Shown here piece by piece: positions 9,242 to 16,985 of a stretch of 64,000 bases of DNA. The notes under the pieces are model-generated. The model saw nothing but the letters and a program-made list of their open reading frames with translations. It searched no databases and had not been told where the DNA came from. Position 1 is the first letter of the stretch; each line of letters starts with the position of its first letter. Source of the DNA: a virus; IMG/VR virus record IMGVR_UViG_3300046170_000502, positions 32,001-96,000 of that record. One strand, written 5' to 3'. The translations under genes and the position numbers were made by a program.

Positions 9242-9979
9242 ATGAATAAAAAAATTGATCTCTCCGTATGTGGCACAAAAAGAATTGACTTTAGCGAAGT
9301 AAAGTCCGTACAGACTCCCGAAAAGACTGAGTCTTGGCAACCAATCGGTCATGCGTTCCTTGTTGATCGTGTGCAAAACCAAATCCAAGACAATGGTTGG
9401 GAAATTGTTGACACTTACCATTCTCTTCACCGATTCGGTCAGCGTTACTTCGGTCTCTTTCACATCAAAAACACAGGTTCCGATTCTGATGATCGTGGCA
9501 CAATTCTTGGTCTTCGCAACTCGCACGACAAATGCTTTCCAGCAGGTTTGTGCATGGGCAATGCTCCATTTGTTTGCTCCAACCTTATCTTCACTAACGA
9601 AGTGACTCTTGCAAGACGGCACACAAAAAACATTTTGACTGACTTGTCTCAAGTTATCGCTCGCACTCTCGGCAAGATGACTGAGACATGGGCAAGCGAT
9701 GAGAAACGCATCGAAGCATACAAGGAGTATGAACTTGGCAACGAGCAAGCTCATGACCTTGTTATCCGTGCATACCAAAATGGTGCGATCAGCAAGGGTA
9801 AAATCGCTGATGTAGTTGAGCAATGGCACAAACCCGAACATGATGACTTTTCTGCTCGGAATATGCACTCATTGTATAACGGCTTTACTCATGTCCTTAA
9901 AGGTGGAGTTCATGCCTTACCAAATCGTTCTCTCGCATTGCATGGTGTTCTTGACTCCGAAGTCGCACTTGTAAAGTAA
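9242..9979 (+). CDS. DUF932-like phage protein
   Basis: WQPIGH...LGLRNSHDK..AGLCMG..FVCSNL...RRHT...NMHSLYNGFT pattern; tandem promoters at 9073 and 9177. Confidence 0.7.
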   Translation: MNKKIDLSVCGTKRIDFSEVKSVQTPEKTESWQPIGHAFLVDRVQNQIQDNGWEIVDTYHSLHRFGQRYFGLFHIKNTGSDSDDRGTILGLRNSHDKCFPAGLCMGNAPFVCSNLIFTNEVTLARRHTKNILTDLSQVIARTLGKMTETWASDEKRIEAYKEYELGNEQAHDLVIRAYQNGAISKGKIADVVEQWHKPEHDDFSARNMHSLYNGFTHVLKGGVHALPNRSLALHGVLDSEVALVK

Positions 9980-10027
9980 TCATTCTTAATCAAAAACCAA
10001 AACACAAACCTAACAAAAATTAAAATT

Positions 10028-10258
10028 ATGAAAAATCAAGCAAAACTCAAAAATGTAGTTGATAGTCTCAAAGGTCGTTTCGTTTCTCTTCTTGTCAAGC
10101 AAGGTGAGCAACGCAAGGTCTTCTCTGCTAAAGTCAATAGCGTGACTTCTCGTCATGTTATGTTTTCGGACATGAATGGAGCAAATCGTCGAGTTAATCG
10201 TCGCCATGTTCTTCGTGCGACTTGTGCTAACAAATCTTTTAAGAGGTCAGTTGGTTAA
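10028..10258 (+). CDS. small basic beta-rich hypothetical protein
   Basis: ORF following DUF932, ends before a terminator. Confidence 0.7.
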   Translation: MKNQAKLKNVVDSLKGRFVSLLVKQGEQRKVFSAKVNSVTSRHVMFSDMNGANRRVNRRHVLRATCANKSFKRSVG

Positions 10259-10284
10259 TCGCAAGCTCGGAAACGAGTAGGCTC

Positions 10285-10310
10285 AAGCCTCCCTTCGGGG
10301 AGGCTTTTTT
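10285..10310 (+). terminator. intrinsic terminator
   Basis: AAGCCTCCC-TTCG-GGGAGGCTT plus T-run. Confidence 0.92.
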
Positions 10311-10331
10311 GCATCTTGAATTATTGTTTCG

Positions 10332-10408
10332 TAAGTCGTTGCAGGCCAGGCAGTTACGAAAAACGGGCCTAGGCTTTTTGGCGTAAGTTGTTGGATATCA
10401 ATGATATC
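10332..10408. repeat. 77-bp double-dyad element, copy 3
   Basis: TAAGTCGTTG-N5-CAGGCAGTTA, N27 with CCTAGG, TAAGTTGTTG-N5-CAATGATATC. Confidence 0.85.
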
Positions 10409-10481
10409 CGCAACAAAACTTTTTTTACTTTTTTTGCATTTAGGGGTTGACTTTGCACCTTATTCTGTCATAATGGAATAC

Positions 10482-11225
10482 ATGATTAAGACAACACTTC
10501 TCACATCAGGTAATCAAAAAATTCTCAAAGGCGAGAAATTAGGTTACATAACGAAAGGCATTCACTTTGCCCCAGCAAGTCTTTCAGGCTTCGAAGTTTG
10601 CCGTTGGCGTTCTAAAGGTTGCACGGCATCTTGCCTCAATACGGCAGGTCGTGGACAAATGAATTCAATTCAAGAATCTCGTGTCGCCAAGACAAAGTTG
10701 TTCTTCAATCATCAGTTAGACTTTCTTGCGAAGCTATCGAAAGAAATTTCTAATTCAATTAAGAGTGCAACGAAGAAAGGAATGAAATCGGTTTTCCGAC
10801 TTAATCTCACAAGTGATGTAATGTGGGAATCTGTTTTCTTTAACGAAGATCAGCCAAAGTCAATCTTTGATAAATTTTCGGATGTTCAGTTTTATGATTA
10901 TACGAAATCATTTAAAAGAATGTGTTCTTTTCTCGACAAGCCTTTTATTAAGGGCGAGGCAAAGTTTCCCTCTAATTACCACTTGACTTTTAGTCGCTCG
11001 GAAACAAACGATACAAAATGCGAGATGGTTCTTTCAATGGGTGGCAATGTTGCCGTTGTATTTCGCAATCAATTACCTAAAACATGGAAAGGTTTTGAGG
11101 TTGTCAATGGTGATGATAATGACCTTCGCTTTCTTGATAAGAAAGGTGTTGTTGTTGGGCTTATCGAAAAAGGCATGGCAAAGAAGGATTCAACGGGATT
11201 TGTTCAAGAAGGGGTAAATTCATGA
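10482..11225 (+). CDS. Gp88-like protein (start revised to 10482)
   Basis: CxxxxxGCxxxCLNTAGRG, FRLNLTSD, VQFYDYTK, NYHLTFS, GD.NDLRF motifs; promoter 10447-10474, 7 nt to ATG. Confidence 0.7.
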   Translation: MIKTTLLTSGNQKILKGEKLGYITKGIHFAPASLSGFEVCRWRSKGCTASCLNTAGRGQMNSIQESRVAKTKLFFNHQLDFLAKLSKEISNSIKSATKKGMKSVFRLNLTSDVMWESVFFNEDQPKSIFDKFSDVQFYDYTKSFKRMCSFLDKPFIKGEAKFPSNYHLTFSRSETNDTKCEMVLSMGGNVAVVFRNQLPKTWKGFEVVNGDDNDLRFLDKKGVVVGLIEKGMAKKDSTGFVQEGVNS

Positions 11226-11386
11226 GTGAAACATATTACGATTCAGCCGAAGATTTAATGATTAGTCAATCAAGAGCGTTTGATGAACTATCAAAGCATG
11301 GTTGCCAAGAGATACAGCAATTTCTTGAGGACATGGGAGATAAGGAGGAGTATGAAGCACAAAAAGTATTGGAATGGTTAGGTTAC

Positions 11387-11463
11387 TAAACGCTTGGTTA
11401 TGAACTAGTTAGGGCAAAAAGCCCTGGGCGATTTCGCGCAAGTCTTTGGCGATCAAGGCTTTA
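11387..11463. repeat. 77-bp double-dyad element, copy 4 (degenerate)
   Basis: TAAACGCTTG-N5-GAACTAGTTA, N27, CAAGTCTTTG-N5-CAAGGCTTTA. Confidence 0.75.
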
Positions 11464-11530
11464 CAACTATTTTCATTTTTTCTGCATTTAAGGGTTGACT
11501 TAGTTTGAGATTCTGACATACTAATACTTA

Positions 11531-11630
11531 CCAACACGATCAAACTAATCTGCAAATTAGTGGTGATTAAGAGAGGTGCGGATTGCAGTCCTAATTATAC
11601 TCTTGTGGGTTCGACTCCCTCCGTGTTTGG
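11531..11630 (+). ncRNA. tRNA-like RNA / degenerate tRNA-Cys remnant
   Basis: T-arm GGG-TTCGACT-CCC, GGA-TTGCAG-TCC arm, ends AACACG/CGTGTT pair; promoter TTGACT-N16-CATACT at 11495-11522 puts the start at the 5' end; no canonical D-arm or CCA. Confidence 0.55.
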
Positions 11631-11694
11631 TATCATTTTATTATTCACTAAAAAAACGCTTGACTTCACAAAAAATTCTGTCATACTATTAATT

Positions 11695-11820
11695 ATGAAA
11701 GCGAAAAAAATTAAGATAAGACAATCCATTCTCTTTACAAAAGCTCGCCCTTTCAAGATGAAAAACAAAATTCTTGATCGGAAACTAAAACACAAAACCA
11801 AATTGACTTATGTATCTTAA
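11695..11820 (+). CDS. small very basic peptide (start revised to 11695)
   Basis: TTGACT-N16-CATACT at 11660-11687, 7 nt to ATG. Confidence 0.6.
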   Translation: MKAKKIKIRQSILFTKARPFKMKNKILDRKLKHKTKLTYVS

Positions 11821-12052
11821 CGACCCAAACCACTTGCAAGTCCAAGATGTTGACTCGCTCGAAGCAAACGAATTAGTTATGGCATTCATCCATGACAATA
11901 TGATCGAGCCGATGACCGACAAGAATATGCTTGACAATGATCAACTTTCAATGTTAAATGTAGTTGGTAGTGCGTTAAAGTGCATTGCTCAAAAAGCTCA
12001 CGCTTACGAAACTCTCACAGAATCGCAAGACTCATCTCATTACAGAAACTAA
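11810..12052 (+). CDS. hypothetical protein
   Basis: ORF in the operon. Confidence 0.7.
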   Translation: MYLNDPNHLQVQDVDSLEANELVMAFIHDNMIEPMTDKNMLDNDQLSMLNVVGSALKCIAQKAHAYETLTESQDSSHYRN

Positions 12053-12253
12053 ATGAACAAAGAAAAACATTTAATTACGAAAAGCAAAGACGGATGCGTT
12101 GTCCTTATTAAAGCAGAGAAGAAGACTGAACAGACCGATGTCTTTATCTCGCAAGCAACATTCGAGAAGAACATCTCAAGTAAAACATTCGTAAAACACG
12201 CAACACTCACACACAACAACAATCCAATATATATCTACCATGAAGACCTTTGA
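12053..12253 (+). CDS. hypothetical protein
   Basis: Abuts the upstream stop. Confidence 0.65.
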   Translation: MNKEKHLITKSKDGCVVLIKAEKKTEQTDVFISQATFEKNISSKTFVKHATLTHNNNPIYIYHEDL

Positions 12254-12572
12254 TGACTTAAATTTTAACTCTCACCCAAGTGCAAAAGATTTGGGAGTCC
12301 AAGCAAGTATAACTTTCGATAATGGTTACGCTATTAGCGTTGTATCCAATGTGGATGGAGGTCAATGCTTCTATGGCAATCACCCCAACACTTACGAAGT
12401 CGCAGTATTCAATCAGCGTGGAGATTTTGTTCCATTGCAACCTTTTGACGATGTTCTTGGTTGGCAGGATAGAATGCAAGTTTCCAAGCTAATGAGTCAA
12501 TTTCAACAAGACGGAGTTAAACACGAAAAGCTTTTGCATTCAATCAAACAAGATAAACAAAACAATGACTAG
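12240..12572 (+). CDS. conserved hypothetical phage protein
   Basis: FDNGYAISVV...YG...YEVAVF pattern common in phage early regions. Confidence 0.7.
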   Translation: MKTFDDLNFNSHPSAKDLGVQASITFDNGYAISVVSNVDGGQCFYGNHPNTYEVAVFNQRGDFVPLQPFDDVLGWQDRMQVSKLMSQFQQDGVKHEKLLHSIKQDKQNND

Positions 12573-12829
12573 TTATCAAATACTTAAAAACGGAGAGCCT
12601 GCCGGAATTGTTGGCACGCTCGATTATATTGTCAACGCCATTCGTAATCTCGAATCAGATCTTGATCGAGTAACTGAACATTCACCTTATACAATTGAAT
12701 TGGTCAAACGAACGGCAAAAATGTAAATATCAAATACAATTCTGTGGGCAGCAAATACTAAATACTCAAATACCAAATATTTAAATAACAAATACAAATA
12801 CATAAATAAGGATTTGAGCTAAGAAATCC

Positions 12830-12906
12830 GAATGTGTTGAGTACCAACGACTTGCGAAAAAAAACCTAGGGCGGTTTTCCCTAGGTCATTGATAGTCAGC
12901 GACTTA
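12830..12906. repeat. 77-bp double-dyad element, copy 5, at the convergence of the two transcription arms
   Basis: GAATGTGTTG-N5-CAACGACTTG, N27 with CCTAGGG, TAGGTCATTG-N5-CAGCGACTTA. Confidence 0.85.
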
Positions 12907-12908
12907 TG

Positions 12909-13100
12909 TTAAAAGTCGTATTGATCGTGGTAGCCCCAGTCTACATCTTCATTTTCAGAGAATTCTTCTAGAGCCTTGCGGTCTGACTCTTCCAGTTCTT
13001 CCCTGGCAAGCTGGTCAAGCAGTGCTTGACGCTCATCGAGATCGACATCGGTAATGCCGTGGGCGTGAGAGAGGCGGGTGAGTGAGTCATTGTTTTCCAT
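12909..13100 (-). CDS. small acidic early protein
   Basis: TTGACA-N17-TAGATT at 13135-13107, 6 nt to ATG. Confidence 0.75.
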   Translation of the reverse strand: MENNDSLTRLSHAHGITDVDLDERQALLDQLAREELEESDRKALEEFSENEDVDWGYHDQYDF

Positions 13101-13155
13101 AATTCTAATCTAGCAAAATCGCAGATCTTTGTCAAACTTTTTTTTCATTTTGCTG

Positions 13156-13232
13156 TAAGTTGTTTACAACCAACGAGTTACGAAAAAACGACTTGGGCGG
13201 TTTTCCCTAAGTCATTGACTTGCAACAACTTA
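13156..13232. repeat. 77-bp double-dyad element, copy 6
   Basis: TAAGTTGTTT-N5-CAACGAGTTA, N27, TAAGTCATTG-N5-CAACAACTTA. Confidence 0.9.
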
Positions 13233-13350
13233 GGAAAAACTAAACTTTTCTCTTGCCTCACAAAGAGATTGTGCAATTAAAAAGCACAATCAGTTAAGCC
13301 CCTGAAGATTCCAATTAACGATGCGATTATCATAATTGTGACCAAATCCA

Positions 13351-13524
13351 CTAGGACATTGACCTTTCTAACTCTTGGATTTTGTTATCAATGTCGATTT
13401 GCACGGCTTGAATTTGGCTCGCTTCTTCTTGCTTGCCAAGTCTCAAGGCATTGACTCTTTGAATTGTCAACGCTTGAAGCGTGCTGATTAATGTATCAAT
13501 TTTTTCTGTTATTGCTTTGTTCAT
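13351..13524 (-). CDS. small coiled-coil protein (start revised to 13524)
   Basis: TCGACA-N17-TATAAT, then 6 nt to ATG (MNKAITEK). Confidence 0.65.
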   Translation of the reverse strand: MNKAITEKIDTLISTLQALTIQRVNALRLGKQEEASQIQAVQIDIDNKIQELERSMS

Positions 13525-13561
13525 GCTATTATTATACCATATTGAGGGCGACTTGTCGAGA

Positions 13562-13849
13562 TCAATCTTCAAAGATTGCTCGCATGGATGGGCTGACTGA
13601 CTCCATATCGTGGAGGTTCTCGTCATTGTCGAAGTCGTCATCCTCTTCGGCTTTATCTTCGGATGAAGCCAATTCGGAAACCTCGTCCTCAACATCTCTT
13701 TGAGTTGCTTCGAGCAAACCATGCTCAACGACCAATTCCTCAGCCATAATTTCGGCTTTCATGTCTTGAATGAAGTTAGACACACTTTTAGAAACAGGTG
13801 CATCTTTTGCGTTTTCGATTGCTTGGCGAATGAGATCAATGTTATTCAT
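13562..13849 (-). CDS. acidic hypothetical protein
   Basis: TTGACA-N17-CATAAT at 13886-13858; D/E-rich. Confidence 0.75.
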   Translation of the reverse strand: MNNIDLIRQAIENAKDAPVSKSVSNFIQDMKAEIMAEELVVEHGLLEATQRDVEDEVSELASSEDKAEEDDDFDNDENLHDMESVSPSMRAIFED

Positions 13850-13888
13850 ATTTTAGTATTATGGATTAATTATGTGAGTTTGTCAAAC

Positions 13889-14092
13889 TTATTTTGTAAA
13901 TTCTTTGAATATTTTTCTAAGCTCTTGAACCTTTTCAAGAAGTCCTTTGGTGGTCATTTCTTCGGTCAAGGTTCTGTCGGAATCCTTTTTTTCTGTTTGC
14001 ATATAATGAAGAAAGTCAATCGCTCCCTCCATTTGTGCAAGCTTAGTTCCGAAGTCGATTTCTTTTATTATTGTTTCTTTTGTCTTAATCAT
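13889..14092 (-). CDS. small helical protein, paralog family A copy 1 (start 14092)
   Basis: LAQMEGAIDFL...TLTEE pattern; promoter 14129-14101. Confidence 0.7.
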   Translation of the reverse strand: MIKTKETIIKEIDFGTKLAQMEGAIDFLHYMQTEKKDSDRTLTEEMTTKGLLEKVQELRKIFKEFTK

Positions 14093-14221
14093 ATACCTAC
14101 AAGGTAACACATAAAAAGGAGTTTGTCAAATTTTTTCTCACTTACCTTTCAACTATGTTTTTGCACAATTCGACTGCTATTTTCTTGCAAAGTTGGCACG
14201 GAATCTGTATCGATTTTGTTG

Positions 14222-14298
14222 TAAGTCGTTGCCGCTCAACGAGTTACGGAAAACTCCGGAGGGCGGTTTGCCCTAAGTCGTTGGTTACTAACACTTTA
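14222..14298. repeat. 77-bp double-dyad element, copy 7
   Basis: TAAGTCGTTG-N5-CAACGAGTTA, N27, TAAGTCGTTG-N5-TAACACTTTA. Confidence 0.9.
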
Positions 14299-14300
14299 CG

Positions 14301-14495
14301 CTAGTCAACCAAGATTAACGGGTCAGGCAGTGGAGTGCTAGCAATGTACGCCTCTAACTCGCTAACCTCTGCTTGTGCGATTCTGTCGAGATCTGCTTGA
14401 GCCGCTATTATGCACATTCTAGCTGATGAAGAACCATTTTCTGCGGCTTCGAGATTTTCGTCAATTATTTTTTGTAGTCTTTGTTTTTCTGTCAT
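14301..14495 (-). CDS. hypothetical early protein
   Basis: TTGACA-N17-TAGATT at 14530-14502, 6 nt to ATG. Confidence 0.75.
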   Translation of the reverse strand: MTEKQRLQKIIDENLEAAENGSSSARMCIIAAQADLDRIAQAEVSELEAYIASTPLPDPLILVD

Positions 14496-14543
14496 AAGTA
14501 TAATCTAATCTATTTTTTTGTTTCTGTCAAGCGTGAATGTGAA

Positions 14544-15089
14544 TTATTTTAAGAAATGATTGAATGCACTTTCAAGTTTACCTTTGTTGAGATTTTCTTT
14601 TCTGTCGCGAGGTACGAAATTTGACCAATGATTTCCTCCACCACTTTGTCGCTCTTGTATGTGATCAATGTTCCAAGCGTTGTCTACATTTTTATTTGTC
14701 CAATTAGACCAAGACTTGCCGTTTTCAAGTTGGACATCTAGGAATATTCTAAACTGATCCAATGAGCATCCTAAAGTTTTTTTATTTCCTCCGAGCATAC
14801 CAACTTTATCGGAGAATAATTTTCTTTCTTGTGATTCTGTCAACATTTTCACTTTTGGATCGTGGGCGATTTTGTTTCTTATTCTTTTGTATTTTTCTTT
14901 GATGTTTGCAATTTCTTTCTTTTTTACTTCGATCATCTTTTGCAATTTTTCGATTCCCTCAAGCTCTGATTGGATTTGTGCTTGCTCTGAGATTTTAAGC
15001 ATATCTCCGAGATCGAGATCTGTTCTGTTACTCTTTACAGAGTTTCTTCCGTGATGTTTATTCCAAGCGTCAGATATTTTAATTTTCAT
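14544..15089 (-). CDS. HNH endonuclease with N-terminal coiled coil
   Basis: LGCS...SWSNW...WNIDHIQERQSGGGNHWSNFVPRDRKENLNK beta-beta-alpha-metal motif. Confidence 0.75.
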   Translation of the reverse strand: MKIKISDAWNKHHGRNSVKSNRTDLDLGDMLKISEQAQIQSELEGIEKLQKMIEVKKKEIANIKEKYKRIRNKIAHDPKVKMLTESQERKLFSDKVGMLGGNKKTLGCSLDQFRIFLDVQLENGKSWSNWTNKNVDNAWNIDHIQERQSGGGNHWSNFVPRDRKENLNKGKLESAFNHFLK

Positions 15090-15372
15090 ATTTTTTATTT
15101 TTAGCAATTAACTTTATAGTATTTTATATTATAGTAATTTTATTTTGTGTCAAGCTTTTCTTTACTTACATCTGAAAAAAGATCGATTTTCTTTTCTGTC
15201 ATAGATTTATACATAAAGAAGAAAGCAGGAATAAAAGTTAAAAGAAGCAAGATGTCGTAATTCATAATTTATTTTTGTTATATTAATTTAATGTTATATA
15301 TACAATGTATCAGAAAATGAAGTAAAGTCAAGCGTTTTTTAAAAAAAAGATTAATTATTTTTACTTTTGTTG

Positions 15373-15449
15373 TAAGTCGCTGGCCATCAAGGAGTTGCGA
15401 AAAATCGCCTAGGAATTTTTTCCCTAAATCGTTGGCATTCAGCGACTTA
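15373..15449. repeat. 77-bp double-dyad element, copy 8
   Basis: TAAGTCGCTG-N5-CAAGGAGTTG, N27 with CCTAGG, TAAATCGTTG-N5-CAGCGACTTA. Confidence 0.9.
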
Positions 15450-15468
15450 GGAAAAACTGGAGTTTTGT

Positions 15469-15684
15469 TTACTTACTCGAGAGAATAGGAGACTTGTACT
15501 TTACGCTTAAACGATTGGCTATTTCAATAGCTTGTGCGTAAGTTCTTGCTCCGTCAATTAGCTCGCCATTAAAGACGACATTAAACCAATTTGAGAAATT
15601 CGGGTTTCTGAATACATTTATCATTTTATTATTAAAGCAAATTTTTGTTATTGTGTCAAACTTATTTGAGATTATTTTTCCCAA
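15469..15684 (-). CDS. hypothetical protein
   Basis: ORF on the local coding strand. Confidence 0.6.
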   Translation of the reverse strand: MGKIISNKFDTITKICFNNKMINVFRNPNFSNWFNVVFNGELIDGARTYAQAIEIANRLSVKYKSPILSSK

Positions 15685-15944
15685 ATTTGTTGAATGTAGT
15701 ATTGAGCATTGTCGCCATCTTTGCGTTGAATGCTTGTTTGGAATTGCAACTTTGGTTGAAGCGTCCGAATCATGCGAGCAACTTTTCGCCTTACTTCGTG
15801 CTTGTCTTCAGCTTGTATAGTAATTGTGTGATGTGTCTTGTCGATGTCAATGTACGACTTAGTGTTACTATTCCATAAGGAAATTGCTTCACCATCGAGG
15901 GAAGAGACATGAACGCTTGCAATGAATGTTTTATTCTTAATCAT
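15672..15944 (-). CDS. hypothetical early protein
   Basis: TTGACT-N17-TAGATT at 15979-15951, 6 nt to ATG. Confidence 0.75.
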   Translation of the reverse strand: MIKNKTFIASVHVSSLDGEAISLWNSNTKSYIDIDKTHHTITIQAEDKHEVRRKVARMIRTLQPKLQFQTSIQRKDGDNAQYYIQQIWEK

Positions 15945-16004
15945 ATATATAATCTAATCTAGTTTTGGTTGGAAGTCAAGTTTTATTTTACTTATTTTTA
16001 CTTA

Positions 16005-16202
16005 TTATTGAAAGACAACATTAAAACGAAACTGATTTAAACCTTCGTCTTTCATGATCTTATTAAGATGAGATTGACTTGATGCAGTCCGAACCCTTGG
16101 GCGATCATTGCCGTTTGAGTCGATGCCTTGATCGAAAATCTTTACTGACCAATGGGTTGACCATTCTTTAATGCGAACTTGTATTTTATTATTCTTAATC
16201 AT
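16005..16202 (-). CDS. hypothetical early protein
   Basis: TTGACT-N17-TAGATT at 16237-16209, 6 nt to ATG. Confidence 0.75.
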   Translation of the reverse strand: MIKNNKIQVRIKEWSTHWSVKIFDQGIDSNGNDRPRVRTASSQSHLNKIMKDEGLNQFRFNVVFQ

Positions 16203-16240
16203 ATGTATAATCTAATGGAATTATTTGCAAAAGTCAAACT

Positions 16241-16468
16241 TTATTTTTCATTATTTAGATCACGCATTGCTTGCAATGCTTTTCTTGCTATTTGAACAGC
16301 GTGTAATGCGTCCATGATTGTTTCAGCTTGCGTGAATGTACCTTGCCAATTGTCAGAATTTGATTCACGAACCAAGTGATTCAAGTTGCCTTCGGCTTTA
16401 GCTAAGCCCATTCCAAGGTCGATTTTTAAGTTTAATTCTTTTTTTATTTCTTCTTTTGTCTTAATCAT
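16241..16468 (-). CDS. small helical protein, paralog family A copy 2
   Basis: LAKAEGNLNHL...TFTQAE..DAL pattern; promoter 16503-16475, 6 nt to ATG. Confidence 0.75.
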   Translation of the reverse strand: MIKTKEEIKKELNLKIDLGMGLAKAEGNLNHLVRESNSDNWQGTFTQAETIMDALHAVQIARKALQAMRDLNNEK

Positions 16469-16544
16469 ATATACAATGTATCAGACAAAACGGCAAAAGT
16501 CAAGTATTATTTTGATTTATTTTAACTTTTTTTTCATTTTGTTG

Positions 16545-16621
16545 TAAGCTGTTGGTATTCAACGAGTTACGCGAAAACGGCTAGGGCGATTTGCCCTAAG
16601 TCGTTGATCTTGTGCTACTTA
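16545..16621. repeat. 77-bp double-dyad element, copy 9
   Basis: TAAGCTGTTG-N5-CAACGAGTTA, N27, TAAGTCGTTG-N5-GTGCTACTTA. Confidence 0.88.
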
Positions 16622-16927
16622 GAACACAAGAGGATCGGGTAATGAATTAGGCGATGCGAACCAATCGGATGAGTCAATTACTTGCCCGTTTAGTATAGGC
16701 TCGAATTTGAATTGGCAAACATCTGCATTCGCTATGCCGTTGACGCGTTCGCGTGTGGTGGGTGTGTTCCATCCTGCAAGCGACCATCTGACCAAGCCGT
16801 CAGCGTCACGCTTGACAATCGCGTTGCCATGTAACCAAACGGTGTTGCCGTCTGTGGTGGTGTTGCCAACTGTCTTGGCTTCGCCGCGTTCAAATGCTTG
16901 TTTAATTTGTTGTGTTACTTTTCGCAT
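16619..16927 (-). CDS. conserved hypothetical phage protein
   Basis: MRKVT..I..AF...GNT...LHGNAI...AGWNTPTTRERVNG pattern; promoter 16982-16955. Confidence 0.8.
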   Translation of the reverse strand: MRKVTQQIKQAFERGEAKTVGNTTTDGNTVWLHGNAIVKRDADGLVRWSLAGWNTPTTRERVNGIANADVCQFKFEPILNGQVIDSSDWFASPNSLPDPLVF

Positions 16928-16985
16928 GATTCTTTTATTGCTGTTATGATTCCTATTATGAATGATATTATTATAATGTCAAGCA

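Noticed and set aside
9233-9868. 211-aa antisense ORF and similar antisense or overlapping ORFs in the track (e.g. 875-1207, 30494-30859, 43967-44320, 61543-61857)
   Set aside because: They are shadows of well-supported genes on the other strand or frame, with no motifs or promoters.
14192-14209. TGGCACG near repeat copy 7 as a sigma54 promoter
   Set aside because: The -12 position reads GT rather than GC, and no gene lies downstream in that orientation.
6967-16621. The 77-bp repeats as a CRISPR array or integron attC sites
   Set aside because: Spacing is 0.3-2 kb with whole genes between copies, and no cas or intI gene is present. The arm orientation (GTTG inside, TAAG outside) does not fit attC RYYYAAC...GTTRRRY.
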